NCBI RefSeq assembly: GCF_021028975.2
Contig: NC_059425.1
Span: forward strand, 124,868,001-124,932,000
Origin: Sphaerodactylus townsendi
Lineage: Eukaryota
Direction: 5' to 3'
DNA: 64,000 nt
Position 1 is the first letter of the stretch, and each line of letters opens with the position of its first letter. The notes under the pieces are model-generated. The model saw only the letters and a list, made by a program, of their open reading frames with translations. It was not told the origin of the DNA and made no database searches. Positions 1 to 13,776 of the stretch are shown here, one piece after another. The position numbers and the translations under genes were made by a program.

Positions 1-1428
1 TACACTGTATATGTGAAGGATGGCTATAGAGTGGTTTTATTTCCTGGAATTCAAAATACAACTTGAGATCTGGTACATGCTTCACACTTTAAAGAATTCA
101 GCAAAAACAGGAAGTTAACCCAGGAAGCTCTCTGGGTCACCAGCTTTTACTAGTCGCGATTTGGAGTGAGGTGAGGTCTTCAATAGTAAAGGAAAATATG
201 GTACACTTTCCTAAAAGTATTTTCAGGCTGAAATGACTCTGCTCTTATGACAGCCACACAGGTCCTTATTAGGATAATAGTAAAATCTTCATTCCATACA
301 CAACAGATGGGAATGGGACATACTAGTACTATTCGTTGAAGTGGGAAAAGAGTGCTTGCACACACAAAGCAGAGGCACAATCCAATAGTTCAAGTGGGAA
401 ATCACAAACATATGAGCTGAAGACTTCCAAAAAACAGTCCAATACACAGTACAATAAAAAAAATTGTAGTATGTCAAGAGTCCTCATCCAACCAGTCAAA
501 ATTCATTCAATTACTAATTAAAACTCTCATAAGTAGAACAGCCTTAAACATCTGCATAGAACAGCATGGATAGCACTGCTTGAGTCATGACAACAGCCCA
601 TTTTAGTGCTCCAGTGCAATTATCAAAAGGGGAGGGGAATAAGTCACACCACCAGTGTTCTCATACTCCTGTAAAGGGGGGTGAATAGGAGGAGATGGTA
701 CAAGAAGCAGAATTGGCATGCTCACAGAAGCAAAGTGTCCTTTAGCTATATGGGCCCTACGACATTTATGGCTTTAAAATGTTGGAACTAAATTAAACCT
801 AAAAGCTTACTGACTGCCAAAGTGGACATTCTGAAACTGAGTGTATTTGATATTGCATTTTTAGCTAAAAACAATGGGTCCTAAGTCAAAACACAAGCCA
901 CAGCCTTCCAAAACAGCCCAATTCATAGTGCACCGCAGTAACTTCACCTCAAATTTATGGTAGAATTGATTGGTATGGCCGCTTTTAGTTTATATACAAG
1001 AGGTAATTGTTAAGAGAAAAACCAACACCGTATTCCATGATAAACAGAACAAGGTCCAACGATCTTTCACAGAATCTGCCGATTACAGAAGCACTTCATC
1101 TATTGTTGGAAAACAACCTTCAGACAAGATCACAGAAAAACAGACAAGATCACAGCAAGTGATTACTTCAGGGGGTGGAGATGGATGTTTATCAGTTTGT
1201 TGAAATACTAATTTTAAAAATCTCAGAAAGTATATGAACATTCCCATGCTTGAATAGTTGTACTGGTGTTTAGCTTTCCTACTACAAAATGAGAGAAGGA
1301 GGAAAGCTGTGTACCTCATCACTATTAATATGCCATGTACTAATATTTCATAAATACCCTTGGGATTTGTGCAACCACATTGTACACAGCAATCATAACA
1401 AGTGAATCAATATTACATTTATTTAAAG

Positions 1429-3016
1429 GAGGGGTCCTCAATGTGGTGTGTATGAATGCCAGGCCCAAAATAAAGAAGCCACAATCAGATTGTTTAAAGC
1501 AAAATCTCTGGCACAATTGTTGTATGGTGCCATGTTCTGTATCGGTTGTAATAAGACAATTGCTGAAAGAGCACAGTCGAAATTTTTAAGAGCAATATTT
1601 CAGGTTCCGCCAAGTATTTCAAATGCTGCTATCAGACTAGAGGCTGGAATGATTATGACAGAGGCAAGAATCCAGTTGGCAGCTATTATATATTGGAACA
1701 GGTTGTTTGACTCTTCTAAAAGCTTATTACATAGCACAAAGAACTCATTTATCTCCCCATGGCATAGAGAGGTGGAGGCTAAGATGAAGTATTATGGTCT
1801 ACCAAAAACTCTAGCAGACATGGATAATACACAAGCTAGGGAAACAAATAAACAGAAACAAATTGATGTTGAGAGATGCCATGGTTTAAACAGAATAAAG
1901 AACTTCCTTTTCCATTCTGAAACACTGAATAAAGTAATGATTACACCATATGTTAAGTATCTAGAAATTCCTGATCTTAGAAGTTTTACTTCAGCTAGAT
2001 ACGGTGTTTGCCTACAGCAGTTTTATATGGTAAATATAAAAGAATACCAAAGGGAGATGTTCTTGTGGTGAAAACTCAATGAAGATGCTTGAGCACCTTT
2101 GCTTTGATTTTAAAAATTTTGCCCATACTAGGGAAAAGTTAATTAATCCTGCCTTGTTCCAATTCCCAGGTATGGATAGAAAATTTCTTATGTCTAGACT
2201 GCTGTCAAGTAAAGATTGGGAGACTACGATTAAAGTTGCCAAGTTTGCCTGGATTATGTATAAAAGTGGGAAGAGTGGGGTTACCAATTTATTGAAATAA
2301 TGAAAGAGTCCAGCAAATGGTGCTCTAATCTCTCCAGAAAGGTAGAGAAGTATTTTATAAGATAAAATGATAATAAACAGGCTGTTTAAATAGGCAGACA
2401 AATGATAAATTTAACGTCTTAACATTTTATAACAGTTATAAGCATGTTTTTACTTAAATATTTTAATTGTAGAGATTGACTATCAGTGGTTTATACTATT
2501 TGCTTTATGTAATTCTTTAGCAAATTGATTAATGAATTGGGTAGTATTATAATAGAGTGAATTGATGTATAACCTGGAAACGGTACACTGGTCTATGATC
2601 GTAATAAAGATATTCTGTTCTGACCTATGAGCGCCATGGCACCCACCAACACTTTCCTAGTGCCTGCCAAGTGTTTTTAGAAAGTGAGTGGGGTCAGGGA
2701 AGAATTTTGACCAGTAGAGCTACTGGAGATACAGTTGGCTGTGCAGAGCTTTTAAAAGCAGCCATTTGAATGCTATGATCTCCACTACATTATACAAGAA
2801 AATGTTTTTTTTTTTCAAGTTCATTTTAAACAACGTCTTTTTAGGCAGTGTTTATACCTGGAATGTTGAACAGTCATTTACAGTTAATCAAAGCCTCACT
2901 TCCTGACATTTTGTGTTTGGGTTCGCCTGCTGTGGCAGCCATTTTGTGGCTGTGCCCAGCATCCTATATCAGGATTCAAAACGTTCCTTCAGGCTTGAAA
3001 ATGTTGGGAACTCTTG
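1429..3016. mobile_element. Non-autonomous hAT (Charlie/Buster-type) element interrupted by a LINE
   Basis: Degenerate TIRs gaggggtcctcaatgt / atgttgggaactcttg, with an 8-bp TSD atttaaag (1421-1428) / atttaaac (3017-3024) that has a central TA. Confidence 0.75.
1456..2623 (+). mobile_element. 5'-truncated non-LTR retrotransposon 3' end (RTE-X-like; clade uncertain)
   Basis: ORF 1448-2071 has post-RT motifs (LLYG...QSKFLRAIF...NAAIRLEAG...YWNRL) and a frameshifted Cys/His knuckle remnant (CSCGE...LEHL). An AT-rich 3' UTR ends in AATAAA and an (ttctg)-like tail. Confidence 0.75.
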
Positions 3017-4738
3017 ATTTAAACAATGTTTATACCTTGCTTTTCTTACCTGTCAAGGTCATTTACAGAAAAAAAAATCCCACTAAACACAAACAAACTA
3101 ACTGCTGCAGAGATAACCCTAATTCTTAAAAGGTTTGGACAAAGAGAATTGTTTTGACATTTAAAGGATGGAAACAGAAAGGACATTCAAATAACTGTTT
3201 CTGGAGCATTCCATATCAGGCTACATTTACAAAAGGAACCCCATGACACCATTCTCCTGATGGCAGAGCTTTCTGTCAGCCAAAGAACCTTCTTATACCA
3301 AGACTCAGGTTGTAAGATACCAGTCCCACTGTCAAAGCAAAACTTCAACAGAAACATCAGGACAAATTGAGAACTATGCATTTGTTGAACTATATCAGAC
3401 AGACCATAATGGCTCCTTCACATTTCTGCAACAAACAGAGCATATCAGACTTTGAGGTCCTGCTAAACTGACAAGAGATGATGGGTAACATTTTGTCATT
3501 TTGGTACATTTCTATGACCTGTTCTTCTATGGTACCTAACAGAATGCTACAGGGTCACATGGCTCCAGTTACTAGCTCATCTTTCAATTTGCATGTCTCC
3601 AGAATGAAAATGAACTACTACTTTGTCGGGGGGGGGGGGGGCACACATATTGTTTCATTTTTTATATCGTGTGATACTCCAGCACCACTTAAATAATGGA
3701 AATTTACTGTCAACACAAAGCTACAATTTCTAGTTTATAAGTGTGAATTCATTTTTCTGCACCATTACCTTAAATGTGGATTAACACACCAAATAAAAGT
3801 ATAAAATTCATGTAGTTAAATTCATGTAGTTATTCTGAATAAGATTAAAGTTGCAACCTATGAGCAATTTAACCCTCATGTATTAATCAAAATATATCCA
3901 AGTATCTGAGGAGAAATCAAAGCAGCCCTATTAAATTTTGATGTAAAAGGGTACTGCAACATTAATTGCAAACAATGAAATGAGAAGTCTGTGGTTTGCT
4001 ATTGTTTGCCAAGTTGTGTGAACTAAAGTAAATTGATCAGCATTTCAGCTGTCCAAACGCTACAGTAGAAACCAATTCTAGTCACCTCTAAGCTGTAAAA
4101 GCCAATTCCTGCAACACAAATGTAATATAAATTGAGCCTGGTGTTCCACCCAGAGTGGGAAACTTGAAAATGGCCTTCTGATTTGAGATCAAATGTAACG
4201 TTAAAATTATAAATTAATGAAGATCAAAGCCAAGAAAGTGCTTAGCTTGTTTCTATATTTCATGGTGGCATTTTGCAACTTATGCCTCTCACTGTGCAAT
4301 GCCTGGGATTTTTCTTTGCTTGAAAAATCTGCCTAGCTGTGTCGGTGCTTGCCTATCTTCTTAGCCCTTCTTCCACACCATCTTTCATGCAGGAAATATC
4401 TTCCTGGAATTACTCCATGAAGTCACTTCATCTACTACTTTTGCACATCCTCATCAATAACCATTAATATTCCACTGTAGCATGCATTATACAATAAGTC
4501 TGCAGTGACCAGACATTTCAATCAGGTCAAGGCCCACTTTACTTGGCATTAATGGATATTCATCCCTATCAATCACTCATCATCAGTAGTGATACTCCTT
4601 ATTATAGATGTCAACAGCACGTTTTCATTGTTCAGCATTCCTAATGCTGGGGATTCAACATGCAAGCTTGAGTGTGTCTGTAACACAAGCTTTGATGTCA
4701 TGGAAGTGATGTACTGGTTAGAACACTTGACTCTAGGC

Positions 4739-5278
4739 CACGGGTCTGCAACCTGCGGCTCTGGAGCCGCATGCGGCTCTTTCAGTCTTATACTGCAGCT
4801 CCGCATGGCCTAGAGGCCAGAGGGTAGCGTGGGCATGTCCCTCCAGTCTACAGAGCAGTGCTAGGAAAGGTGAGTGGAGGGACCAAACTGACCCCTGGAG
4901 GTCAGAGGGTAGCATGGGCGTGTCCCTCCAGAGCAGCTGCCATCCCCCCTCTGCCATCCCCGCAGCTGCCACCCCCTTCTGCCCCACGGAGTAGGCAGCT
5001 GCCTGCTCCATCAGGCAGAGCGGGTTTCCCTGCCCAGCGCCGCTGCCTCCCGCACCGTGAGAGATGGTGGCACCGGGCAGGCCGCAGCTGCCATCCCCCC
5101 TCTGCCGTACGGAGCAGGTGGCAAAGGGGGTTTCCGTGCCTGGCGCCTCTGCCTCCTAGTGCTGGAAGGAAAGGTGAGTGGAGGGGGCGAACTGGAGCCT
5201 CTCCGGCTCGGTAAATCTTTGGGGCCATGGAAAACAGGTCCAAATGGCTCTTTGGGTGGTAAAGGTTGCCAACCCCTG
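4739..5278. mobile_element. hAT (Charlie/Buster-type) MITE
   Basis: TIRs cacgggtctgcaacct / aggttgccaacccctg and a perfect 8-bp TSD ctctaggc (4731-4738, 5279-5286). GC-rich interior with internal repeats. Confidence 0.9.
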
Positions 5279-5289
5279 CTCTAGGCTAT

Positions 5290-5480
5290 GGCAGATCCGG
5301 TCTTAAATTACCACTCTGTTGTGAAAGCTGTCTGAGAGACCTCATGCCAGTCACTATCTCACAGCCCAATCTTACTCACAGGGTGGTGGCCAGGGTAGAA
5401 TGTTAGAAGAGAGAATGCTACTCATAAGCTCTTGTGGTTCCCCAATGGAGAGAAAAGCAGGGCTTAAATATCTAAATAAA
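5290..5480 (+). mobile_element. Degenerate Squam3-like SINE
   Basis: gccagtcac...cagccc...ctcacagggt...gagaaaagcaggg...taaataaa; similar to the copies at 59.7 kb and 62.3 kb. Confidence 0.55.
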
Positions 5481-6333
5481 TTATCATGAATTAAACAAAC
5501 ATCTAGAAAAACCAACCATTTCCTTCTAAAGCTGCCAAGTTTTTAGAGTTCTACCACTTATTGATCAGAATGACACAGAAGCTGTCACACCTGAATAATA
5601 ACCTCACAGATCTAAACAGTACAGTCTTTGAGGCCTCCAAGTAATGCAGTCTCTTACCACATCTACTTTGAGCAAGGTCACTCACCTCCCTCCCACCCAA
5701 GTCGAAATCTCAATTCAAACCACATCATCACCCAGGATTGTTATTCTCTTAACATAAAAGAAATTCTATATCAACCTCCTTATGTTAAGATTTGAAATGC
5801 TTTAGCACCTAGGACAAGCTGTTCAAGAACATAAATGCTAAAGATGTTGCATTCCAGCTGTTGTATCAGCAGGTCATCACAAAATATGTCCCTACATGCT
5901 GCTGCTGTTCAGAAAATATCTCAGCCCTAAAGAGAAACTGCACATTTGTGTCATCTGTTTCACCTAAGCAAACTTCTAGGCTGTACATCCAACACAAGAC
6001 ATGCATATGCAAACTTAACTAAAGGTAATATATAGTCAGAAAGTTTTTGATACAGGCAAGAGAATGCAACATCCAGAAAACTGGAGCAAATTCTGAAAGT
6101 AAGCAATTCTTATGTGAAAAGCAATGTAAATCGATGCCAATTGTATGTTACCTTAGTTTACAGTGAGTTTTCTGGATGCAACATATAATGGGCAATCACT
6201 TAAGTCTTTTCATACTTTAGAATTACTGGATATGAGTCTGCAAAGAAACACCCCTTTTCACAAATTATTATGGACTATTAAAACTTTCAGAAAAAAAATC
6301 ATAAATAGAAAATAAAGTTAGTAAATTAATTAC

Positions 6334-6518
6334 CTATCTCCCTTTGGCTTTCTTTTCTGTACTGTCTTTCCTTTGGGTCGTCTCTCACTTCCTAAACAGG
6401 GACTCCCACCTGGACCTGTTACCCGTATTGATTCAAGGCCTTTGGAAGATTTCTTAAAAGTAAATTCCACTGGTTCTCCTTCTTTTAGGCTTCTAAATCC
6501 TTCCATGAAAAGCTTGCT
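6334..6518 (-). CDS. LIN28B: LIN28B coding exon 3 (end of cold-shock domain and basic linker/nucleolar localisation signal)
   Basis: Acceptor ttttcctgttcacag| and donor GATAG|GTAATT bound 185 nt starting in phase 0. Translation: SKLFMEGFRSLKEGEPVEFTFKKSSKGLESIRVTGPGGSPCLGSERRPKGKTVQKRKPKGDR. Translated by hand; not in the ORF track. Confidence 0.98.
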
Positions 6519-6871
6519 CTGTGAACAGGAAAAATAGTCTTGGTTACCACAGACTTAACAATTTTGATGTCTGGTTTTTTTTAAAAAAAATAGGATTGTA
6601 TTGATTGTCCTGTAATGGTTGTCCTATAAAAGTACAATGAGTGCAGTATTCCCTACATAACATCCACTCAAAACTACTGCTTCAGTTTTGCACATGGGAG
6701 TTCCAATACATACAATGGAATGGTAACTGCACCATTATATAGTGAGTGAACAAGAACTCACTCATGTGGAAGCTTCACATGCTCACCAAATAAACCTATA
6801 AGAGTCTGGATTAAAGCCTAAAGTCAAAATATTTTTCTGACTCCAGGGGAGGGCGGTATAAAAGTGGAACG

Positions 6872-6873
6872 AA

Positions 6874-6914
<41 letters not shown>
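6872..6914 (+). repeat. (AAAT)n microsatellite, probably a retroelement tail
   Basis: About 10 tandem AAAT units, preceded by ggagggcggtataaa as in L2/SINE 3' ends. Confidence 0.9.
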
Positions 6915-6917
<3 letters not shown>

Positions 6918-7224
6918 ATAATATAATTTTGCCATACTTAATTCCTTTCTTTTGCTGCAAGTAAATAGCATTCCTGTGGAACACAAGAGATCTAGAAGAA
7001 AACCATCATTACTATCTGATCAGTTTTGAGTTTTCGCATTGAGTTATAGCTGCTTATTGGATGTGGTTTTAGTTGAGGATTTATGACTGATACTCCTCCC
7101 TATCTGTGTTATAGTGTTATATAAAACACTATGGGTGCCTGCTTGTGCAAAAGTGCATGAGGAAAAAATTCCACCCCTTTGCAAACTTTTGTTCATTTAC
7201 TATTTATATTTATTTATAAAACTA

Positions 7225-8030
7225 TTATTTATTTATTTAGTTTGATTTATATGCTGCCCTCTCTTCAAGGGCTCAAAGCAGCTTACAACAGTAGGTAACA
7301 TATAAAATACAATTAATAATAATTAAAACAATTAAAATGATTGTAATTATTAAAATCCAGTCAAAAAATCTAGATAATACATTTAAAATTTTAACATCAA
7401 CTAAAAAACTTTAAAACTTCAAATCGGAGTTAAAATAGACCGGCATCAGATGCCATCTAGAGCAACTAGGGGATTAAGGATTTAGGCCGGCAACAATGTA
7501 AGTTAGAATAAAGGTTTCAGTTTTGGGCCTCAGCCAAAAGCCTGGCAGAACAACTCTGCCTTACAGGGCCTGTGGAATTGCATTATATCCCACATGGCCC
7601 TGATGTTAGGTGGCAGAGTATTCTACCAGGTAGGAGCCAGGGCCGAAAAAGCCCTGGCTCTGCTTGAGGCCAATCTAATACTAGCAGGGACCACCAGGAG
7701 GTCAGCAGTTGCTGACAGGTTTATTTGCAGGGCGGGTGGGGTAATGCAGTTTTGGAGGTATGCAGGTCCCAGGCCGCTCATGGCCTTGAAGGTCAAAACC
7801 AGTACCTTAAACCTGATCCGGAACTCTACTGGTAGCCAACGCAGTACACGGAGAATGGGAGTGATATGCTCCCTCACTGATGCCTCATTAAGGAGCCTCA
7901 CGGTTACATTCTGCACCAGTTTCAGCTTCCAAATCGGAGTTTAGGACAGGCCAGCATAGAGCGAATTACAGTCATCTAACCTAGAGGTGACCGTTGCATG
8001 GATCACAGTGGCTAGATTGGATCGACAGAT
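7225..8030 (-). mobile_element. L2-clade LINE 3' fragment
   Basis: ORF 7623-7916 has HITPILRVLRWLPVEFRIRFKVLVLTFKA...RAFSALAPTW, typical of the L2 ORF2 C-terminus, followed by an AT-rich 3' UTR and an (AAAT)-like tail. Confidence 0.85.
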
Positions 8031-8187
8031 TGGATCGACAGATATGGTGAACTTCAGCACAAGTCATGGCTTGAAAAAAAACCCTGTTCAAAGCTGGATA
8101 TACAATATAAATCTTAGATAATTATGGAAACACCATTAGTTTTTTTACCTATATATAACATACTGGGCTGTAAATAAGATTTTATGT

Positions 8188-8327
8188 NNNNNNNNNNNNN
8201 NNNNNNNNNNNNNNNNNNNNNNNNNNNNNNNNNNNNNNNNNNNNNNNNNNNNNNNNNNNNNNNNNNNNNNNNNNNNNNNNNNNNNNNNNNNNNNNNNNNN
8301 NNNNNNNNNNNNNNNNNNNNNNNNNNN
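8188..8327. other. Assembly gap (140 N)
   Basis: Run of N. Confidence 1.
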
Positions 8328-8340
8328 AGAACATCTAGTG

Positions 8341-8801
8341 CAGGAGTAGGGAACCTGCAGCTTGAGAGCCGCATGCGGCTCTTCTGCCCTTGCACTGCGG
8401 CTCCATGAGCCGAGCCGCTGGCCCCATCCTTGCCGCCCTGCAGGCAGCAGGGTGGGTGCACCAACTGCTTGCAGCTGGCTGGGCCGCTGTATCTTCCCCT
8501 CTCGCCTGCCCGTTGGAGCCCGGAGGCAGGCGCTTCCCAGCGGCAGCGTAGCGAAGGTTGAGCCAGCTGGCCCCTATCTCTTGCTCTTTTAAAAGCCCTG
8601 CACCGGCATGTCAACCAAAGGAAGCCGAGGACACATCCATGCGCTTCTCAGAATGAGCGGAGTAAAAGGTAAAAAAAACCCAATATATACAGTGTTATCT
8701 TTATTTTAAATGTCAAAAATTATTTGCGGCTCCAAGTGTTTTCTTTCCCATGGAAAACGGGTCCAAATGGCTCTTTGAGTGTTAAAGGTTCCCTACCCCT
8801 G
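8341..8801. mobile_element. hAT (Charlie/Buster-type) MITE
   Basis: TIRs caggagtagggaacct / aggttccctacccctg and a perfect TSD atctagtg (8333-8340, 8802-8809). Shares subterminal gccgcatgcggctc and gtccaaatggctcttt with 4739-5278. Confidence 0.92.
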
Positions 8802-10945
8802 ATCTAGTGGGATCAAAACACGTCAGGTTTTTTTTGGAGTAGATTCTGGGATATTTTGTGTAAGAACCTAACAATTGATATCCTGATGTTAATAGGTCAC
8901 CAAGGAGGTGAGGACAAATGAGCAAAGTTCCACCTCACAAATTTTCAGGATCCCTTCTTTGTTCCATATTCCAAACTAGCTTGTAATAATCAATTTTTTT
9001 GTAATAATAATAATTTGTGGCAATAATTAGTGTGAGCACTAATTATTTCATAATTGCATAATGTTACAATCATTTTTTTTCTGAATAGTGTTAAAACCAT
9101 TCACTCACTCTGTTACAAGTGACATGAGTTTAGTGTTATCTTCCAGCAGGAGTTTACATTAAAAGTAAATCTCATAAGATCATGGCTTATTTGATTTCAT
9201 AACCATACTGGTACCATAAGAGTAATTATTCACTTTAAAAAGTAGTTGCATGGATCAGAAGGAGGTGTCCACTTCATAGTGCACAATATATCTTACTGAT
9301 GATTGATACTAAAATGATTTCAATAGCCTTATCAATGTTCCATCATTTTTATGCCTTCTTTTAACTAAATGGTGGTTATGGTTTGAAAAATTTATTTCTT
9401 CCCGTTCCTCATTGTTATGAAGCCAAATTCTTATCCTTTTCATTTCACTTTAATAAGTTTTTGCACTTCAACTGATAAGTCTCAAAGCAGACAAGGTAAA
9501 TTTCACAGAATTCCATTAACTCATATTGGGAATGCTTTACATGTTTTGTGTTGCAAGTTGCCTGCTACCTAGAGAGTGATGGCATAATGAGAGACTGGAA
9601 AATGTCCAGCTGCCATTGCTAGAGGGAATGCTTTACAACCTATTCCTGTTGCCCGCGCACACGACATTTTTCCAGCTGTATACTATACTATACTATACTA
9701 TATCTGAACAGTGAGAAAATGGACAAGCAGATCTCCCACTTCAACTCTCATTGCCCACCATTGCTCAGACAAGTCATGGGAGGAATTTCTCAGGTGAAAT
9801 GGGGAAATGACATCATAATGGAGTGAATGCTTGTGTGTCAACCACAGCTTAATGATGTCACACTGATGTCATTGTGAATAAGGAAAGAAGCAGTTCTCTA
9901 TACCAGTATTTATTTATTTATTTATTCGATTTATTATACCGCCCCATCCCCGTAGGGCCCTAGAAGTTGTTTCCAAAGTATGAAGTTGTTTCCAAAGTTC
10001 AGCACAGATGGTAATTGGCTTTTTAAAAAGATGCCAGTTTGCCAAAGGTCTTAATGCTTTTCGAATATGATAGACTTAGACTTTCAACCAGGGAACCAGG
10101 GAACATTGATAAGTAAATAGAAACAAGCAAACGAACACTGCTATGTGAAGTGTAAAATAATCACATGCTGGGCAGGGACACTTGTTTTTCTTTTAGAGGA
10201 GAAACAGAAGAATTTCCTTATAACTCTGAAGAAATCACTTTTTTAAAAAAGTGCTGTTTTTTCCCTCACCATGCAGAATGTAAATCCTTCAATTAATTAG
10301 GCTTGAATACAAAATCAAATTTAGTCTTCAAGCTCACTGCATCAATTGAAAAATCAATTGTGGATTCAATTGTGAGTGGTGTTGTAAGCCGCCCTGAGCT
10401 CATTAGGGAATGGGTAGCCTTTAAATCAAATTATAAATAAAATTTAAAAATTTAAAAATAAATAAACAAAAGACAATACATATTGATATAGATAAACATG
10501 GGTGTCCACACCAGCATGGTAAAAACAAATGATACAGAGGCCTTTATCTGCACCACAATGATCAGAATAGTATTTTCTCAGATATAATTGTTACCATGCT
10601 AGATAAAGGTAAGTCATGATCAGTAAAAGAACCATTAGTTTAAGTCTGTTTTACCATGACAAAGAGAAGTTCTTCTCAAGAGCATGTGCTTTAAAATTAA
10701 ATACTAACAGTAGAAAGCAACACTAAAATATTCACTCAGCATCACCACAACAAATAAAGAAGCATGCAACCAGAAGCCACACATACCATTGTATCTTAAT
10801 GCTTTCTTCTTAAAAGGTATTGTCTTGCATATTCTGCTAGAGGCATCCTTGGCACAAGAGCCATTGTAGTCAATCCTATTCTGAGTGTTCCATTGATTTC
10901 AGTGGGGTTTTACACACGAGAAGTTCCTGCTGCATTGTGCCCAGT

Positions 10946-11155
10946 GTCAGTGGGTGCTTCAGAATCTGACTTGCATCTACAAAAGGAAGGAAACTCCGAC
11001 TTAGGCTCATTATGGCAGTCTATTCTGTGTGATATGCGTGTGTCACTCTTATTAGCATGCGCATATAGAGGAGAGAAAGGGGTTCCATAATGAGCCTTAA
11101 TTTAGAATTTCCTCTCTTTTGTAGACATCCAGTCAGGGTTTAAACACCTGCTGGT
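10946..11155. repeat. Long degenerate inverted repeat (hairpin)
   Basis: Arm 10966-11015 is an imperfect reverse complement of 11085-11136. Inner and outer segments also pair. Confidence 0.8.
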
Positions 11156-13665
11156 GCAGCATGGAATTATCGGGGGTGGGGTGGGGTTGCTTAGATAATT
11201 TCCCCTTATACTCAATTTTTTTCCCTTAATTTTATTTTATTGTCTTAAAGCCTAATCAAGATAGTTAACTTACTGTCAAAGGGATCAAAATTAAAATAAC
11301 TGCAAAAGTTTCAGTAAACTAAGAGCTTATTCAGATGGCCATGTTTTTATATACTTGGGGGAATCCTCTCTGTGCCATCTGCTGTCACAGAGGCATTATG
11401 GTCTGAGAGCTGACAGTAGGTCATTGAATAGACAGGACAGATTACATGATCTTCAGAATAGATTCTGGAGTCATTAAAAAGTTAAACATGTCACCTGAGA
11501 GGTTCCTGCTCAAATTGTACCATTCGAATGCAGGCCACACCACATGCATGTAAGAGGGCTCCATGACAGACAAATAAAATAATTAGCTGCCTACACTGCC
11601 AATCAAAAAAAGTTACATCATGGAAATAAACAGAATCCAATGATAACAAGGCAACAAGTATTCCAAATCATTTGCAAATATCATAAGCATTACATTTATA
11701 GAATATGTTCCTTGAAAAACAGCTCCATTTGCCATAAACTGTTCAAGGAAATTTCTGTTAGAGGTACATGAAAACTGAATCTGTCTAGCTTTTTAAAATA
11801 AGTAATCTAGGTTTCCATGCTAGCCAGTCAATACTTTTTCTAACTCAAATGGCCATACTGGACTAACTTTATGACATGTCGAACTAGCACAAGTGCTTGT
11901 GGTATCAAAGGCAGAAGCTGCCAAAATACTTACAGAAAGAGGGAAATATCTAACTATCCATGCAATTTATAGAGCAGCACTTTTCCCTCCCATTGCACTT
12001 CAATGAGTCCCTATCCTTCAATTTTGTTCTTGGTGATCAGCATCAGAGGTAATTTGGGCATCAATGGGAAGGGAAATCGCTTAATCTCTTCCTTTTCTTC
12101 TGATGAATTAAAGACAATTAAGTATTTCATATTGGTGGCTGGATACATGATAATAAGCAAGATGTGTTTTTTTTTACTTTATAATACAAGCCTTTTCATA
12201 GGACTAATTTCTCCAGGTCATTGTTCATATGGCAGCACACATAACACCTGGGTTCCAACTCCTCCTTTAATTAGGGCTGCCAAGAACCACTATAGGCCCT
12301 TGGACAAAGATTCCGCCTACAAACAGATATTACATCTTCCACCAATACAATAATAATAACAACCACAGTACCTGAAGAGAGAATTCTAACTTCTGTTCCT
12401 CGTATATAATTACCAAAACAGATTAACGTTCAATTACTATGTATGTAAAAGGTGGATGAAGGAGAAGAATCCTTTTATTATTTGTTAAATCATGGGGAAA
12501 TATTACCTTTCCCCTTCTGTTCATAATACTAACAAAGGTCTGCTACTATACTGCTGCTAAGTACACTTCATTGCCAAGCAGGATGGAAACGAGAGGGAGC
12601 TGAGACCAACACTTGAGAACAAATAGGGAGGGGAACATGGAAAAATTAGATGGAGGGAGAGATAAATGAATAAGAATCAAAGTAATTAAGGAAAAAGTAA
12701 TTCAGAGTGGAGAGTAATTAAGTAACTAAGAGCTGAGAATAATTAAGGAAAAGAAAGGGAAAGTTTGTTCCATTTTGCAACAACTACTGCTTCGCTTCAG
12801 TCTTGCAGATAGTCAACGTGCCTTTTGCTGGGCTCAGACTTCCCTGGGCCCCTAGCAGAGGCGAAGCCACCAGGGGACGGGCGGGTGGGCAATGCATTGA
12901 TTCTGGTCACATGGAGGGCGAAAAATCCCCCCACCCGCTCCTGGGGGGGAAGCCAGATTGTGCACCGGGCGCACTCTGGCCTAGCTACACCTCTGCCCCC
13001 CAGTGGCTGCAACTAGAACCACACTGGAACTAAACCATTGGAAAAGCATTTGGCTGAGACCATCCAGCTGGCCACACCCTCTCCCGGAATTCTGTCCCAC
13101 CACTTTCCCTGCCTTTCAAGTCTTCTTAACAGATTTAAGTTCATGAAAGACCTTGTAGCCCAGGTCTACATAAAACCAATAAACTACTGGGACTGCAAGA
13201 CTAAAGGGTTACCAAACTATACAGATAAGCATATTTAGTTTTAAAAATCAGGAACAACTGTACAAGCTAGAAACTTGATTCAAAAAGCCTTCATGGTTTT
13301 GATCCTCTGGTATCAGAACCATGAGAGTTTGTAATAGTGATTAATAGTCTCTGGACATAGCAGGAAATGAGTGAGTAAGAACTAATTTTTAAAATAACAA
13401 AAAATGTGAAATGGAGACAGCAAAGTTGGGTAAGAGAGGAAGGAAGCAAACTCTCACATTAAATTGTGTACAAACACTTTTGACTTTAGTAACTGCCATT
13501 TTTAGCCTTGCAATCCAGCACATACTGGTAGTCAAGAGGCCACATATTAATATTAATATTTTTATTTCTTAAATTTACATATAAAGTGGTTTCAGGAAAA
13601 AAAATCTCTGCAAGAAATCCACAGACCTAGGGTGACAAACAAATGAAGCTGATATGCAAACTATT

Positions 13666-13776
13666 GCTGATTCAGCATAGGCCAAAAACAGCGGTGTGAA
13701 AATGATGTGAAAACACTGTTTTAAACCATTTTACACCATTTTCACACCGCTGTTTTTGACCCATGTGGAATCCATC
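13666..13776. mobile_element. Short palindromic MITE (Harbinger-like, family uncertain)
   Basis: caaaaacagcggtgtgaaaatg pairs with cattttcacaccgctgtttttg; the whole element folds back. Confidence 0.7.

Noticed and set aside
1448-2300. 207-aa and 73-aa ORFs as a host gene
   Set aside because: Frameshifted LINE ORF2 remnant.
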